Shown one piece after another: positions 1-13,079 of a stretch of DNA of 64,000 bases. Source of the DNA: Trichoplax adhaerens. Its lineage: Eukaryota; Animalia; Placozoa. Position 1 is the stretch's first letter. Each line of letters opens with the position of its first letter. The position numbers and the translations under genes were made by a program. The DNA is taken from contig NW_002060973.1 of the NCBI RefSeq assembly GCF_000150275.1, forward strand, positions 353,004 to 417,003. Direction: 5' to 3'. The notes under the pieces were generated by a model that saw only the letters and a program-made list of their open reading frames with translations, was not told the origin of the DNA and did not search any database.

Positions 1-810
1 AATGGTAGGAAAGCTATACTGTAAACAGTGACGATGTCAATTTGGTAGTCCCTGCTGTAAGCAACTTGGGCCAATATGCTGTTTCAGCGATATTTACGGA
101 ATAAATATCCATATTGGATGAGCCTCACTCATGGACCATCAGTACGACACAATGACGTCATTCTAATGCCAAACCTTGACTAGTAAATTGAACGCAGTGA
201 GCTGTCGTTGAACTAGACGATACAAAAAACGAATTGTTCATTTTTAGGTTGCTGACTTACTGTAACCTCCGTAGTACTGTAAGTTCTTCGCATTTTAGGT
301 CATATTATAATTAATCTTATTTATATCATCCTATGCAGCGGAAATGCCTGACTCCAATAATTAATGTACCTTTCATTTCAAGATCAGTATTACAGTTGTT
401 CAAATCTCCATTTTAGTCCGAACAAAATGAATGAATGAAATACTTCCGACGCTTTCTACAAGTAAACTGACAATCATTTTTTCGAATATTTTACGGCTCA
501 AAGTCAGTACTTTTTATCAATCCAATCTCACATTGTGATTGATCTAGGCATTGATACCATACTCAATATTATAATGAACATCTCTACTATTGTTGTATCG
601 CAGAGACTATTACTAACTATAGAATGAATTTTTATCGTTCATTTGGTCATCTTCATTGTACAGTATAGGATGATACAAATAGCTAGGATGAATTGGCCAC
701 ATTTGCAACATTTCAGCATAATTTGAGGGTTGACCATGACTAATGTTATCCATGATCACCTTATGACCGGTTCAACCTGTCAGAAAAGACTCAAGTTAAG
801 CAGTGCAAAT

Positions 811-1520
811 TGTTCCATACGTAAGTCAATATACAATAGTATCCGACATTTTGTAATTCTATTTTACTACCTTTTGCTGAAACTGCTCTCTTTTAGAATG
901 CAGAGAGCAGTTTGAGCGATACTGTAAGGAGTAAAATAGGATTACAAAATGCCTGAGACTATTGTATATTGACTTACATATGGAACAATGCATTTTGTAA
1001 TTGTATTTTACTACCTCTTGCTGAAGCTGCTGTCTTTTGGAACGCAGAGAGCAGTTTGAGCAATACTGTAAGGAGTAAAATAGGATTACAAAATGCCTGA
1101 GACTATTGTATATTGACTTACATATGGAACAATACATTTTGTAATTCTACCTCTTGCTGAAGCTGCTGTCTTTTGGAACGCAGAGAGCAGTTTGAGCAAT
1201 GCTGTAAGGAGTAAAATAGAATTACAAATGCCTGAAACTATTGCACTGTATATTGACCTACATATGGAACAATACATTTTGTAATTCTACCCTTTGCTGA
1301 AGCTGCTGTCTTTTGGAACGCAGAGAGCAGTTTGAGCAATGCTGTAAGGAGTAAAATAGAATTACAAATGCCTGAGACTATTGTATATTGACTTACATAT
1401 GGAACTATACATTTTGTAATTGTATTTTACTACCTCTTGCTGAAGCTGCTGTCTTTTGGAACGCAGAGAGCAGTTTGAGCAATACTGAAAGGAGTAACAT
1501 AGGATTCCAAAATGCCTGAG
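811..1520. repeat. Tandem array of ~5 imperfectly palindromic ~140-bp units (foldback/MITE-like minisatellite)
   Basis: CAGAGAGCAG recurs at 901, 1045, 1181, 1321 and 1464 (periods 144/136/140/143). Each unit is internally inverted (CATTTTGTAAT..ATTACAAAATG; TTTTACT..AGTAAAA). 811-840 is the reverse complement of the inter-unit spacer at ~958-987. Confidence 0.9.
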
Positions 1521-1524
1521 GCTA

Positions 1525-1797
1525 ATACAGTATACTGTACTGTACAGTGTACAGTATACAGCAATCCACGTCATACTGTGCACTGTACTGTACAGTACAT
1601 TGCACATTCATTTTGCTAGGCTCAGCCACCGTTGTTTGACGTTCACACTACAGTACGTACCGTACAGTACAGTACACTGTGTCGTGGATAGACGTCAAGT
1701 TCAACAATATTGTACTGTACAGTACTACTGTACAGTACAGTATACTGTACGCTTGTACTGTACAGTACAATGTAGAATACCGTACTCTGTACTGTAG
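1525..1797. repeat. Low-complexity TACAG/TACTG pentamer-rich tract
   Basis: Dense GTACTGTAC/GTACAGTAC words, which are mutual reverse complements. They generate the spurious Y/C/T/V/Q-rich ORFs at 1600-1882. Confidence 0.85.
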
Positions 1798-4700
1798 ACC
1801 AAAGACAGTTCCAATAATAAAAACAACATTGTCTGCCAAGAGCAGGACAGACCAACCGTTCAGCCCCAACAGTCAACCATAGTGGAACGACGTCAGTGAA
1901 GACTGGTCAAGACTCATCAGACAGTGTGACTGCAGTAAATTGAAAATCAACAGTCATTGAGAAGGAAAAAAAGGAGAAAACCCCAGTTGTAAAAAGAGTC
2001 CATTGGTAGTTAGGGTAATTATTTGCAAATTGGCTACTGTTGCAGAATCAATCAAGACAAAAAATCCAAGGTATTTTCTTTGTCATGATATGGTCATTAT
2101 GGAATTGAATAAACGGAGTTTAGGGTTGCATCCTTTTTTTACATTGACTTTTTTCTTCCTTGTGCAATTCTATCGCCATTGGCTTGACACTGATGCTACC
2201 CTACTGTATCATACACAAGCGAATACAGTAGAAATTAGACAAAGAGGCCTAGGGCAATGACCTGACCTATTCAATTGACTGCTTTGACTTTTTTTTTTAC
2301 AGTACAGTTCAGTAGAATTGTCACGGCTAGTTGAAACAACTGTAAACAGGATCAAGATTGCTTTTCCTTTTTCATAAAATGACTAACTCTTCTTTCTCTT
2401 AGATTTGATCCATTTCTTATAACGCCAAATTGAAACCAATTTATTCCATTCAAACTTGCCACCATATTGTCAACATGATCGTCAAAGAATACAGAATTTG
2501 TATGCCAATGACTGTAGAAGAGGTGTGTACCTAGAAAAAAATTGACGCTACCGTCTTCCATGACGTCCTCTTACATCCATGTTCAACCACCAGTTTTCCT
2601 TTACTTTAGTTCTTTTTGTTTTTTACTTTTCTTTTTTCTTATGGCCCAGTCCATAGTTTCATCTTACTTGTCTACAACCATTATAGCAAAAGACCTTTTC
2701 AGTTCATGATCCATTCGTGTACAAACTTGATTCAGTCGTTGTTCTCGTCTGTGAATGCTTACCACTACTATTTCATTCATCGTTGTTGTTTGAAATGACT
2801 TGCAACAGTCAACGACACGTTGCAAGCCATGACACTGTTGAATGCGAATCGTCATCATGATTGTAAAGTGGAAAATAAACTTGATTTGTAAGAGGTTAAC
2901 GGCTGAAAGAGACAAGACTTGACCATGACTAAGCACCACTCATAAATTAGCAAGAGTTGGCTCTAGAACTTCAACAGTTGATGGTCTCGACTCCAGGCTT
3001 CGGAGATAAATTACAATTTGGGCCAGTGTACAAGTGCCGACTTGACGATAAGATCGCTTAGCGTACATTCTGTCCACAGACAAATCCTGAATGATTCATT
3101 AATTATTCCCCGTGTCTGAGTGGATAGACAATACTTTCAACTTTGTATCTTTGAGCACAACCATCAATTAGCAACATGATCTTCAAACGAATTGATTCAA
3201 TTTCTCTTCATACGAGTATCAACCAATCAGTCCTTGTTGTGGTCCGTACAATGGATAAAACATTCTCCTGCTAACTCTATCTTGAAATGGTGTATAAACC
3301 AAAAGACCTACAGTACTGCACAAGTGGGCAGTATATGACACTGGAGATATTCGATGATACTACGTCTATTTCCAATCATACGACTGCTTTGTTTATTGAT
3401 AATATTCTAATTTTGAAAGAGATCGATAGACTTGAGAGTATGCTGTGGTAGTGATAAAATGCTGATCCTAATACTATAGAGGACCCTTTCGTCAATATAT
3501 TTTTATCATTGGTACAGTTAAGAAAGTAATGCAATCCCCTCTCTACTTGATGAATCCATCCACGTAATACTGGACACGAAGTCATCCATAACTATTATAA
3601 TGAGCTACGGATACTTATCTTCCTAAGTACAAGTATCGTAGCAATACTTGGAAGGATACGTCATGACGACGGATATAGACTCACACAGGCGTCTCCAAAT
3701 GTCTTAACATTATTAAACGACAGCAAGAATGCATCCTAGTGAAATTGATTTGATCCCAATAATGATCATGAGAAAATTGTACCAACATCGATACTTGGCC
3801 TTAAGTACATGTCTAGAGTAGTCAATAATCCATCACGATAGGTATACGTACTTAAATAAATATCCTACAGCTGATCCATTTCGGTCATCATCATCATCGT
3901 TATAATGGTACTCTAACAGCAATGATATTATCTTCAACTACTCGTACGATTGATCAATAATTAATAACCATAGAATATCATCCGTAGTGGACAATTCCTA
4001 CATATCTTTCATGATGAAAGTTATGCTAACTACAGTTACTACCTTTTATTACATTTACTTTTCTAATTTTGCTTCCACAAGCATCACTTTTAAAGCAATC
4101 TTCATTGCTTAATCCCATTACTATCAAACATCGGCAGTTATCATTTCGCCTACCTTTGCTAATGTAAGTGCTGTAAGAAGTAAGGCTAAGACGTTAGATA
4201 TTGACGTTATAGCACGACAAAAAAATTAACAACAAAAACACCCATAGATGAAATGTAAATAGTAGCAACAAAACCGTAGAGAGGATTGTTTTCTTTTCAT
4301 CATTTACCGTTTAACCGTCTACATTATTTTTCGTTGGTTAATGTTTCATGCGTGACAATGAATCCATGATATCAAATTTAAAGCATAGCAAATTGTCCGT
4401 GGCCTACTTGATATTTTTAATCACATTTATACTATATTCCGGTGGTTGCTTATTGCATCGTCTTATTGTTTCACTTACCCTTGATTACTGTGATAGTACG
4501 AGTATTAACACTACTTGAGAATAACAGCTCAATCTTCCATACAATAAAATGCTCGATTATTCGCTCTATGCAATCCATTTACTATCACACTGTACCCAGT
4601 ACAATGGGACTCTTATGTGTCAACATTGTAGTTTTCTCCTTTTTCTGCCCAAATACAGTACTATACACTACGTACGCGGATACGAGAAGTACTGTATACA

Positions 4701-5265
4701 TGTTATGCATGGATTATCGGTACCGTATTTTACTGATGAAATTTTTTCTCGATCTTCAGTGTATCCTATTCTCTTCTAAAGTAGTGAATCCTGATCACTT
4801 GCAACTTATTCCCGCTAAAAGCTTTCCCAATCTGCTTTTATTGTAGTGACAGCTTCTTTCAATTCGATAAGTTGATCAATCAATCTACTAAAGTAACATA
4901 CGATATTTATAAAGCGCTTAATGTTAAAAAAACTTGCTTACAGAGGCTCATTTTAATATTTCAATAGGCATATATCATCATATCATTGGTTAATTACAAC
5001 TATATGTTCTACCGAGAGAGGGAGTAATATCATATTACACTTATACCGTTTACATTACCAGTGAATTACGTATAATTCCATCTAAGTTGCAACGAACGCC
5101 CAGAGCACGATAAACTGACAATCGTACATTAATTTACGTTTATTTTGTTTAGTCTATGAAAATAAAATACTGTACTGCAGCCCGTGTATGCATATCTAAA
5201 AAAAAATAGTTAATCTTTGTCTTCTTTGAAAAAGTGAACAATCTGACAATAGTAAACATTTCTAT

Positions 5266-5298
5266 GTACAGTACTGTACTGTACTGTACTGTACTGTA
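5266..5298. repeat. (GTACT)n microsatellite
   Basis: gtaca gtact gtact gtact gtact gtact gta. Confidence 0.85.
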
Positions 5299-6741
5299 TA
5301 CCGATAGCCATTATGGCGCAAATATAATCAATTTGTTAATTCTCTAGCGCTCATGATAAAGTCAATGAAAAAAAGAACTATTCAAGTATTCATCTGGTAC
5401 TCTACGCCTATTGCACGATACTGACTTTCACTCAAGTTTTAGTATCGTACTAATGCTCTTTCGTCTTGATTATTAAGAGTCTAAAAAATCATTTGTTATT
5501 TGTTATTTTGAATGCTAATAGCTAGACTAATTCTCACTCGCGCTTCCTAGATCAATCCTAGATAACAATTGCAAATCTCTTGTGGGACTTATTTCTATAC
5601 TTAGTTTACAATTTGTTGCCATCATTTTGCTCCTTGATCTTGCGTAATCTTGAATTTCACATATTAAATAAATTACAATAGCATGAGTCGTTCGTTACTC
5701 GACTTTCTAATCTTCTACGAATTTTCTTATTAAAATCCTACTGGTGCTACCAATCGAAAACAATAATTTCTTGCAATCATTGTATTATCATTTTCTAATC
5801 TAGGATGCCACGTATAAATAAGCAGCTTCATAAGCTTTTATTGATATACTTCGTTAAAACGTTATCATAGTCTCGTCGTTGATCTTACATAATCTCAAAG
5901 TTACTGTACTCGTATTTTCTATCGGTGCTTTATTCGATAGCATCAGATTTTTATACCGACTCCGATCTGAGATACAACAGTGGTTGAATTCGTAACTTGA
6001 TACGGAGTTATCATTTAGTAATTATGAAATATTCATAGACTATTAATGTATTTACCGTCATGAATATCCAGTTCTACTGCAAATCAGCGACTATTATTGT
6101 CACGACTGCTAACATTATTACGCGTACACTGTACTGTAACTTTGCCAATCGTCAGTATCGATTCCAAATAATAAAATGATTTTATGATTTTATAAGCACG
6201 CTCGTACTGCAACATACTGTACTGTGGCCCTCCACGAACTAGCCATTACCATACTGTATAAAGTGTACCTTCAAGTCATAAAGAGATACCAGTTATAAGG
6301 ATTTTCATCTTAGCCGACATTATTATAATTCGTTTTATTTTATTAAACATTCTTCTCGTTGTCATTTTATCTATGAGAAAAGTTAAACATCCAATCGATT
6401 GTCTTAATGTAATTAATATTGTGTCCAATTTGAAACTAAAAAAAAACAACGGTGATCACAATAGCACACCTACTGTTTTGACTGCTAAAAATTGCATTTC
6501 GCTTTGAATTTTGTTGCTATACTGCACAGTACTGTACAGTACATTAGATTTCGTTTTCAGTTCGCTGTTATCCTAGTTTACTGATAAACGAATTTGACAA
6601 TCTAGTTATGTATAACGCATTACGTTCAGTACATCCACCAATTTGTATTTATCTGCAATACCTATTCAATCCTTGGATTAATTAATTTTCACGACAATTC
6701 TTTTATTATATTTGTCTCTTGTTTCCCTAATTCTTTTATAG

Positions 6742-9700
6742 TATCGTATCGGCCAATTGTACATGATAGCAAGATTCAGTGAAGAACAAAGTTGTAAAGG
6801 TTCTGGTGTTCAAGTTGTTGTAAATGAACCTTGTTATGATGAGAAGCACGGCAAAGGCCAGTACACCGAGAAGAAAATATACCTCAATGGGTAAGCTAAT
6901 CTTCATGAATATACGACAAAGCTTATTACTATCAATTGTTATAATTTTTTAATTACAGTATTATGTTTATCGTATTGTTATTGCTTAATAGTAAAATAAA
7001 TCCTTACAGTAATAAATATAATCCTCTTGTTATCATTCAGTCTAAATATTAATGGTTAATGTACATATCAACAGCAAACGTTAATATCCATCAGTTTGAA
7101 TTTACGGTAGTTACGTTGACAAATATCGTCGTCATAGGATTTCAGCTTTAACTTAAGACGTCCTGCGCTGTACACATGTACGACGGTATACGAAAATGAT
7201 ATCAAACAAGAGCACGATCAATAAAGAATAAGTATTTTTGGCTACGTTGATGTTAGTCTTGTTGATACCACTTGTTCTGTTATTGATGCGCTTAAATTCG
7301 TATCTAAATCATGGCTTTAAAAAGTTAAAAAAATTTGAAGCTCATACATTTATACTCATTGACACAATCTAACTAAATTTTTTAATAGAAATGCATGGTA
7401 ATCATAAACGAGTCAAGTGAGTCAGTAGCTTGGCTTATTTGCCCATAATAGTTCGTGATCCTTCATTGTGAGGGAAACAGATTATACCATAAGAGCTACA
7501 CGCGTGTATAGTAGCCTCTGTACACCGAATACGATCATCACTATTGATTTATCGACGTATCAAAAATAATGTAAGATCCGGGCGCTCATGTAATAGTCTT
7601 TTGTAGCTTTTGTAGCATGAAATAAGAAAAATTTATTTAAGAATGGAAATTATGGATAGTCACAGGGTCGTTCTGTATTCCTTTCTTGTTCACTATGAAA
7701 GATAAAATAAATTATTGGCCTGATATGCATCGTTCGATAATTCAAAACATGTAGATCGAATGGGATCATAGTGTGATGATTTTGTACATAGCTTAAGATG
7801 TGCTAGGAAGACCTGTATTTGCTTGCGTGGTACATATAACATTGTAATCTAATACCGTACATCTTCATTAATTTATCTTAAATCATAGTTACTGAGTGTT
7901 AAGTTTCAAACTAATCGAGTATTCTTTATTTCACAACTCTGCCTTATATGTCCTATCTGAATTATAGTATGACTAGAGCACTATGTAGCGATACATTGAA
8001 CTGTGTTATCTTAATTAAGGTCTGAGTATCAATCTCTAACTCGATCATTCTGATAGCAATAAAAAGTACTAATAGTAAATATTATTCTGCTATCATTTTG
8101 GTATTCATTGATTAGCGTTATTGTATACTATATTCGTAAAAATATGGCCGTTTAATTATATAGAATTTTTGCGTACCTAGTTCTGACTCATAAAAGAGAC
8201 GCACCTTTATCAAGGTAGATGACAGCTATGTACGCACAGTGAAAAAATGATTGCATTTACGCGCGACACTTTCACCGTTATTAGCTTGATGATCCCTCTT
8301 TTTTATAAAGCTTTCAATATTATTAGATTGGTCCATTCAATAATTCTACCGTACTTGATTTATACTATATAATCATGGGTTACTAAACATACTGCACATT
8401 GACTAATCCATGATATAACGTTTTCGTATAGTTGTTATTATCAGAAACAGTTTAAATGTTGATTCTTCGTTATTTACGCTTAAAGATACATTATATTTCG
8501 ACGATATTAGGCGATTACCAGCTTGGCTTGGCAGTATTCTTCCAAATATTTTTTACATAACCGAGAAAGCATGGAATTATTATCCGTTTACAATTACAGG
8601 TTAGTCAATTGAGCTATAGATAATCTTTTGGAAACCAAGACTTGAACTCATAGTCTATATCATAATCTAGTATATTATTAATGGAATGGTATTTTTCTTA
8701 TTCAGTGTTGTAAATTAGAATGACTGCGTACAAATGTATTGCATTACTCAATATTTACATTTTGTCTTTAATTAGAATGATTCGTATAATCATTACGTCA
8801 ATAATGATGACTTAATTATCGATCTGTCCGACTGGTACTAGTTGTAAACAACCTCTGAAAGTAGTAATAATAATGTCTCCTAATACTCGCATATCGGCAG
8901 TTTAATACATTAACGTTTAGTTAATAATAATTTGTATTTAGACTAGTTAAGATGATTGTGATTAAAGTGATCTTTCCAGGATCATTTAGCTTAGCTTAAA
9001 AGCTTCAACTTTATCGTTATTCGCCGGTTTCAGATAAACTCCATCCTAGTATCAAGTAAATACCTCAGCTATGCTTCTGTATGTCAGACCTTGGTCTGAT
9101 TCTATGATCATACTTCAATGATAGACCTAGCATCTATCGATAGACGCTGCTTTCACTTTTCGGACTTAAAAGTCCTTAAATTTTGCACACATCCAATATC
9201 TCTATGCCTTGCTTACAAAATTTGATTTCCAATATATATTTGTTGAAATGATAATCATATTTTTAAGTGTAAATGACGCAGCATTAATGCATGGAAAAGG
9301 AGTAATAAATTCTCGCATAAAATTTAGTATTCTATGACTAAGCAGCACAATTTGCGTCTAGCTCGTCTTGAATAACATAGCATTTAGGAGGGTCTACTAA
9401 AATTACTAGTCCTGCATTTACCTTGACTCCTAATACTGTATTAATGGTCATTACCATTAGCTATTTGTGAATACTCTACTCCATCTCGTATATTGTATCA
9501 TATCTGCGTTTTAGTATAGAATTTCTTGATTAATAGCGTCTCTTTCGTAGATTCAAACTTTTAGGCTTGAAAGTTATAGTCCCTAAAAATAAAATCTGAT
9601 CATTTTCCTTTATAACAAAGCAAATATCTTACGCTTTATGCGAAATTGCTTTTAATAGAATACTTCATATTCTACTAATATTCTACTCAGAGGATGCATC

Positions 9701-12111
9701 GTCACGACTTGACCGTGTATGTCTTGCTGTGCAGTGTCTTACTCTCATGGTTTATGTTAACTTTACTCTATCACCTATTTATCCCGAACTAGGCATATTT
9801 GAATAGCTATAATTTCATTTCCATTACAAAATAGATCATATATTCTACTGTATTCCTGTATTTAATCGTGGGTGTTGATATTTTTTGCTTTCCATATCTG
9901 TACTGTCTTATGGTATATCCTTGCCTCCACTACAGAATATACGGTAGGTACTAAACTAGAACATATTGTAAATTAATTTTAATATGCACCAATAGCGGTA
10001 CTTGACTACACGATCTGTTCCTATTATTTGAGATATGTTAGCATTATTTTATTTGATTGCAGTGCTCATTTATTCCAAAATTTCACGTCAAAATCGAGAC
10101 GACTTATAAAGATGATAATGGCAAAGACGAAAATGTAAGTTATTTATAATTTTAAAGCTATTGCGATTGAACAAAGGTTGATTTATGATAAAATATGGAT
10201 TAAATCAATGTCTAGCAGTTATAAATTATTCAGAACCCGATTGAAAATGTTTTCCTTGCCATTACATGATAAAACCGTAGGAAAAATTCTACAAAGGTTC
10301 TTTCTAAAATTTTGAATTGACTCTTATCTAGGCACTCGATCTACCTGAAGAAATCCTATCAAAACGTGAAGTTTTTCATTTAGATATTGCTTATGATCAA
10401 CTGCCTGATAAATATTATGTCAAAGAGGAGGTTGGGTAGTGTTCTCATTAAGCATACATAGCATTATAGCAGTATACTAGAAAGATATGGCTTTTTGCAA
10501 AAATATATGCATTTCTATGAAACAAAGAGGCAAATAGGGCTATAAGATATCCAGTAGTTATTATTTTTTACTCGTTACTTATTCATTGACGACATTTATT
10601 CTAGTAAAAATAGCATTTAATGGTCTTCCACCGATATTTCTCCACTATTAGCAGTAAACCACTAACGAAATTTACAACTTGATTTGATAAATCGTGCATT
10701 AACTTGTATTTAACGCCATCAGTTTTACGTAAACCCCATATGACTATGTCTATTTTAATCTCTCTGATGGAACACGAGAGGACATGCTTGAGTAAAATTT
10801 TTTGTCGGCAGCCATTTTAATTTTGGAGTGGCTGCGAGCCAAAATGATTAATGATTCTTTATTTACACTCATGACTTTTCTACTTTATTCTACGTGGTAA
10901 TGGGTAATTATTTACCGATTAACTATACTGTATATAAGTATATTTTACGTAGCTGTAATGCTAACGAAAATATTCTTATATCAGCATACGTCATATATTC
11001 GTATGTAACTGTTTTACATAAACATCATTTCTAGGACTGTCGTTATTTTCATTCGAAGAAAACCAATCGTGGTCCTCTAGCTGAAAATTGGAAGGTGAAA
11101 ATATATCTGAATAACTTGTCCTAGCGAGTCTATTATAATTGTCGCATAGTAGTAATCCGACCATTATCATGAATGATAATTAACTGTAGCAAAAGTAATG
11201 TACATGTGTAGAACTCTTTGAACCACAACTCTATGCTGTGTATGTGCTGTTTAACAATTTCAGAAATTACGTCTGTCACATTAATATCGTTAATCTCAAC
11301 ATGATTTAGGAATCTTGCAAGCCAATCATGTGCTCATATAAAGTTGTTAGCGTATCATTTAGTATGTGGGGATTCCAGCAGAGAGTGGAATCATTTACTC
11401 ATAAGGTAAATTACATTTTGCGAGATACGAGTATGTGTGGAAATAGTGAAGTTATAGTAGTAATCGTAAAATTTTCTTCTATAATTTAAGAACATTCGTG
11501 ATGTGTTGGTACATGGCCATAGACAAGCATTTGCTTGGATCGATGAGTGGATTAGTAAGTAATTAAAAGCAATGTTCAGTATTCTATATTCGCAGTGTAT
11601 ATCTGGGAATGACGGTTATTGTATAGCTTGTCATTTTAACGGAGATAAACCCGAAACTATAATACCTACTGACTTAAGTAACGCTCTTCATATTTACCTT
11701 ACTTAAATAAACAAACTTGGTAGTTTTCATTGATATTAGCAACTGATGTCATTTCATGAATCTCTGTTGTTACGTTACACCAGGAAAATATTTTATATTA
11801 GTCAGATTTGTTACATTATAGCAAACAAGGAAGCAAATTTATCCGATGAGTACTAATTTTAGCATCTTTAAATGTATTTCGCAATCATCTATCAAAATTA
11901 AATGTATTTCCTCAAAATTTTTTGTGACTAAACAGATATGACGGTAGACGACGTTCGTGATTTCGAAAGGAAGGCGCAGGACAGGACTAACGAAAAGTTG
12001 ATGCAAGAGAATACGGACATAATAGAAAATGCCGACAATGGAACCAGTAAGAACGGAGAATCGCCTCCAAAAGCATGTAGCACTAAAAAAGGATCATCTA
12101 CCAGAGTATAA
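6742..12111 (+). CDS. PITPNC1: Class II phosphatidylinositol transfer protein (PITPNC1/RdgB-beta), 9 coding exons found; first coding exon (~16 aa) not located
   Basis: Exons 6742-6890, 8511-8599, 9936-9943, 10063-10134, 10332-10430, 11035-11094, 11310-11405, 11491-11554, 11936-12111, all GT-AG and phase-compatible. Translation YRIGQLYMIARFSEEQ..GKGQYTEKKIYLNGRLPAW..FYITEKAWNYYPFTITEYTCSFIPKF..RGPLAENW..PIMCSYKVV..GHRQAFAWIDEW..MTVDDVRDFE matches the PITP family. NYYPFT and HRQAF are class II (PI/PA) signatures. Confidence 0.93.
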
Positions 12112-13079
12112 ACTACTAAATCTAAAGTAGTTATACTGTTATTCCAGTTTATTAACTATTGCTTGTTGCATCAATTCGATTTACAAATCTCATGATTGGT
12201 AACGCTTGAAAATATGGGGAAAAACGTAATTGTAAATTTAGGAAAGTATAAGAATTTGGACCAAATTTTTTGAGATTAGCCTTATTAGTAAATTATTTTG
12301 CACATAATGTGACTACACAATATAACGACAGTGAAATAGCCAGGATATTGCTATTTTATTGGTTAATCTTGTAGCGATTTAAAGTTATACTTAATTGTAT
12401 CAGAATTCACTTATCACAGTTTCCACGATTCTATTTTCGTACAAGCATAACTTATTTTATGTTATAGATTCAATTTTCACATTATTATCACTCAATCAAA
12501 AATTCTTTAAGCTACTTAATTTGCATTTTTCTTTTGATATTTTGACCGTGACTAAACTGTTAATGTCATGACTTAAATGGAATGAAATGGTAAACTATTT
12601 AATATAAATATATGCCTGAAAATTTTATGTACTGAGGTCGTAGTATACTATCTTCTTCATTCAAGTGACTGTTTTTTGTATTGAACGATATATGTGTGTT
12701 ATATTTATTGTCTAAATGAGCTTGCATATGGTTCTATACGTTTATCATTTTGTTTTTATATATATACAATGAATAGAATTATTTTCTAGTTATATCACTG
12801 AAAGCACAAAATCACGTAGTAATGTAACGTGTGTTACACGAAGCTAAATTACTCATCCTAGTCAAGAAAATTGTTCCTTGAATGAGAATGAATTAATGAA
12901 CTGCTTTTCATTATTAAGTAGTATTGCATTATTCCTATTGATGTAGCATACAATTTACACTATGATTGCACTTTTCAAATCCAATCTTAATAAATATACT
13001 TATGTTTATTATTATCACCAATACTCGATGCTTTAGAGATTTATCGATTTGTCAGTAAGAATTGTGCGCATCAATAGTA

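Noticed and set aside
153-160. TGACGTCA CRE-like site
   Set aside because: A single 8-mer with no known transcription start nearby; expected by chance.
811-1520. CRISPR-like repeat/spacer array
   Set aside because: The spacers are not unique, the units are ~140 bp, there are no cas genes, and the context is eukaryotic.
730-1882. Several 60-92 aa ORFs
   Set aside because: They are translations of the tandem and pentamer repeats.
1800-3700. Slightly GC-richer stretch, possibly decayed coding or transposon DNA
   Set aside because: No recognisable domain or termini in any frame I could read.
4120-4170. Candidate PITPNC1 first exon before GTAAGT at 4164
   Set aside because: The phase-0 frame has no ATG and no KEYRI.MP similarity.
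4442-4846. 134-aa ORF
   Set aside because: No recognisable motif, non-ATG start, and composition typical of non-coding AT-rich DNA.
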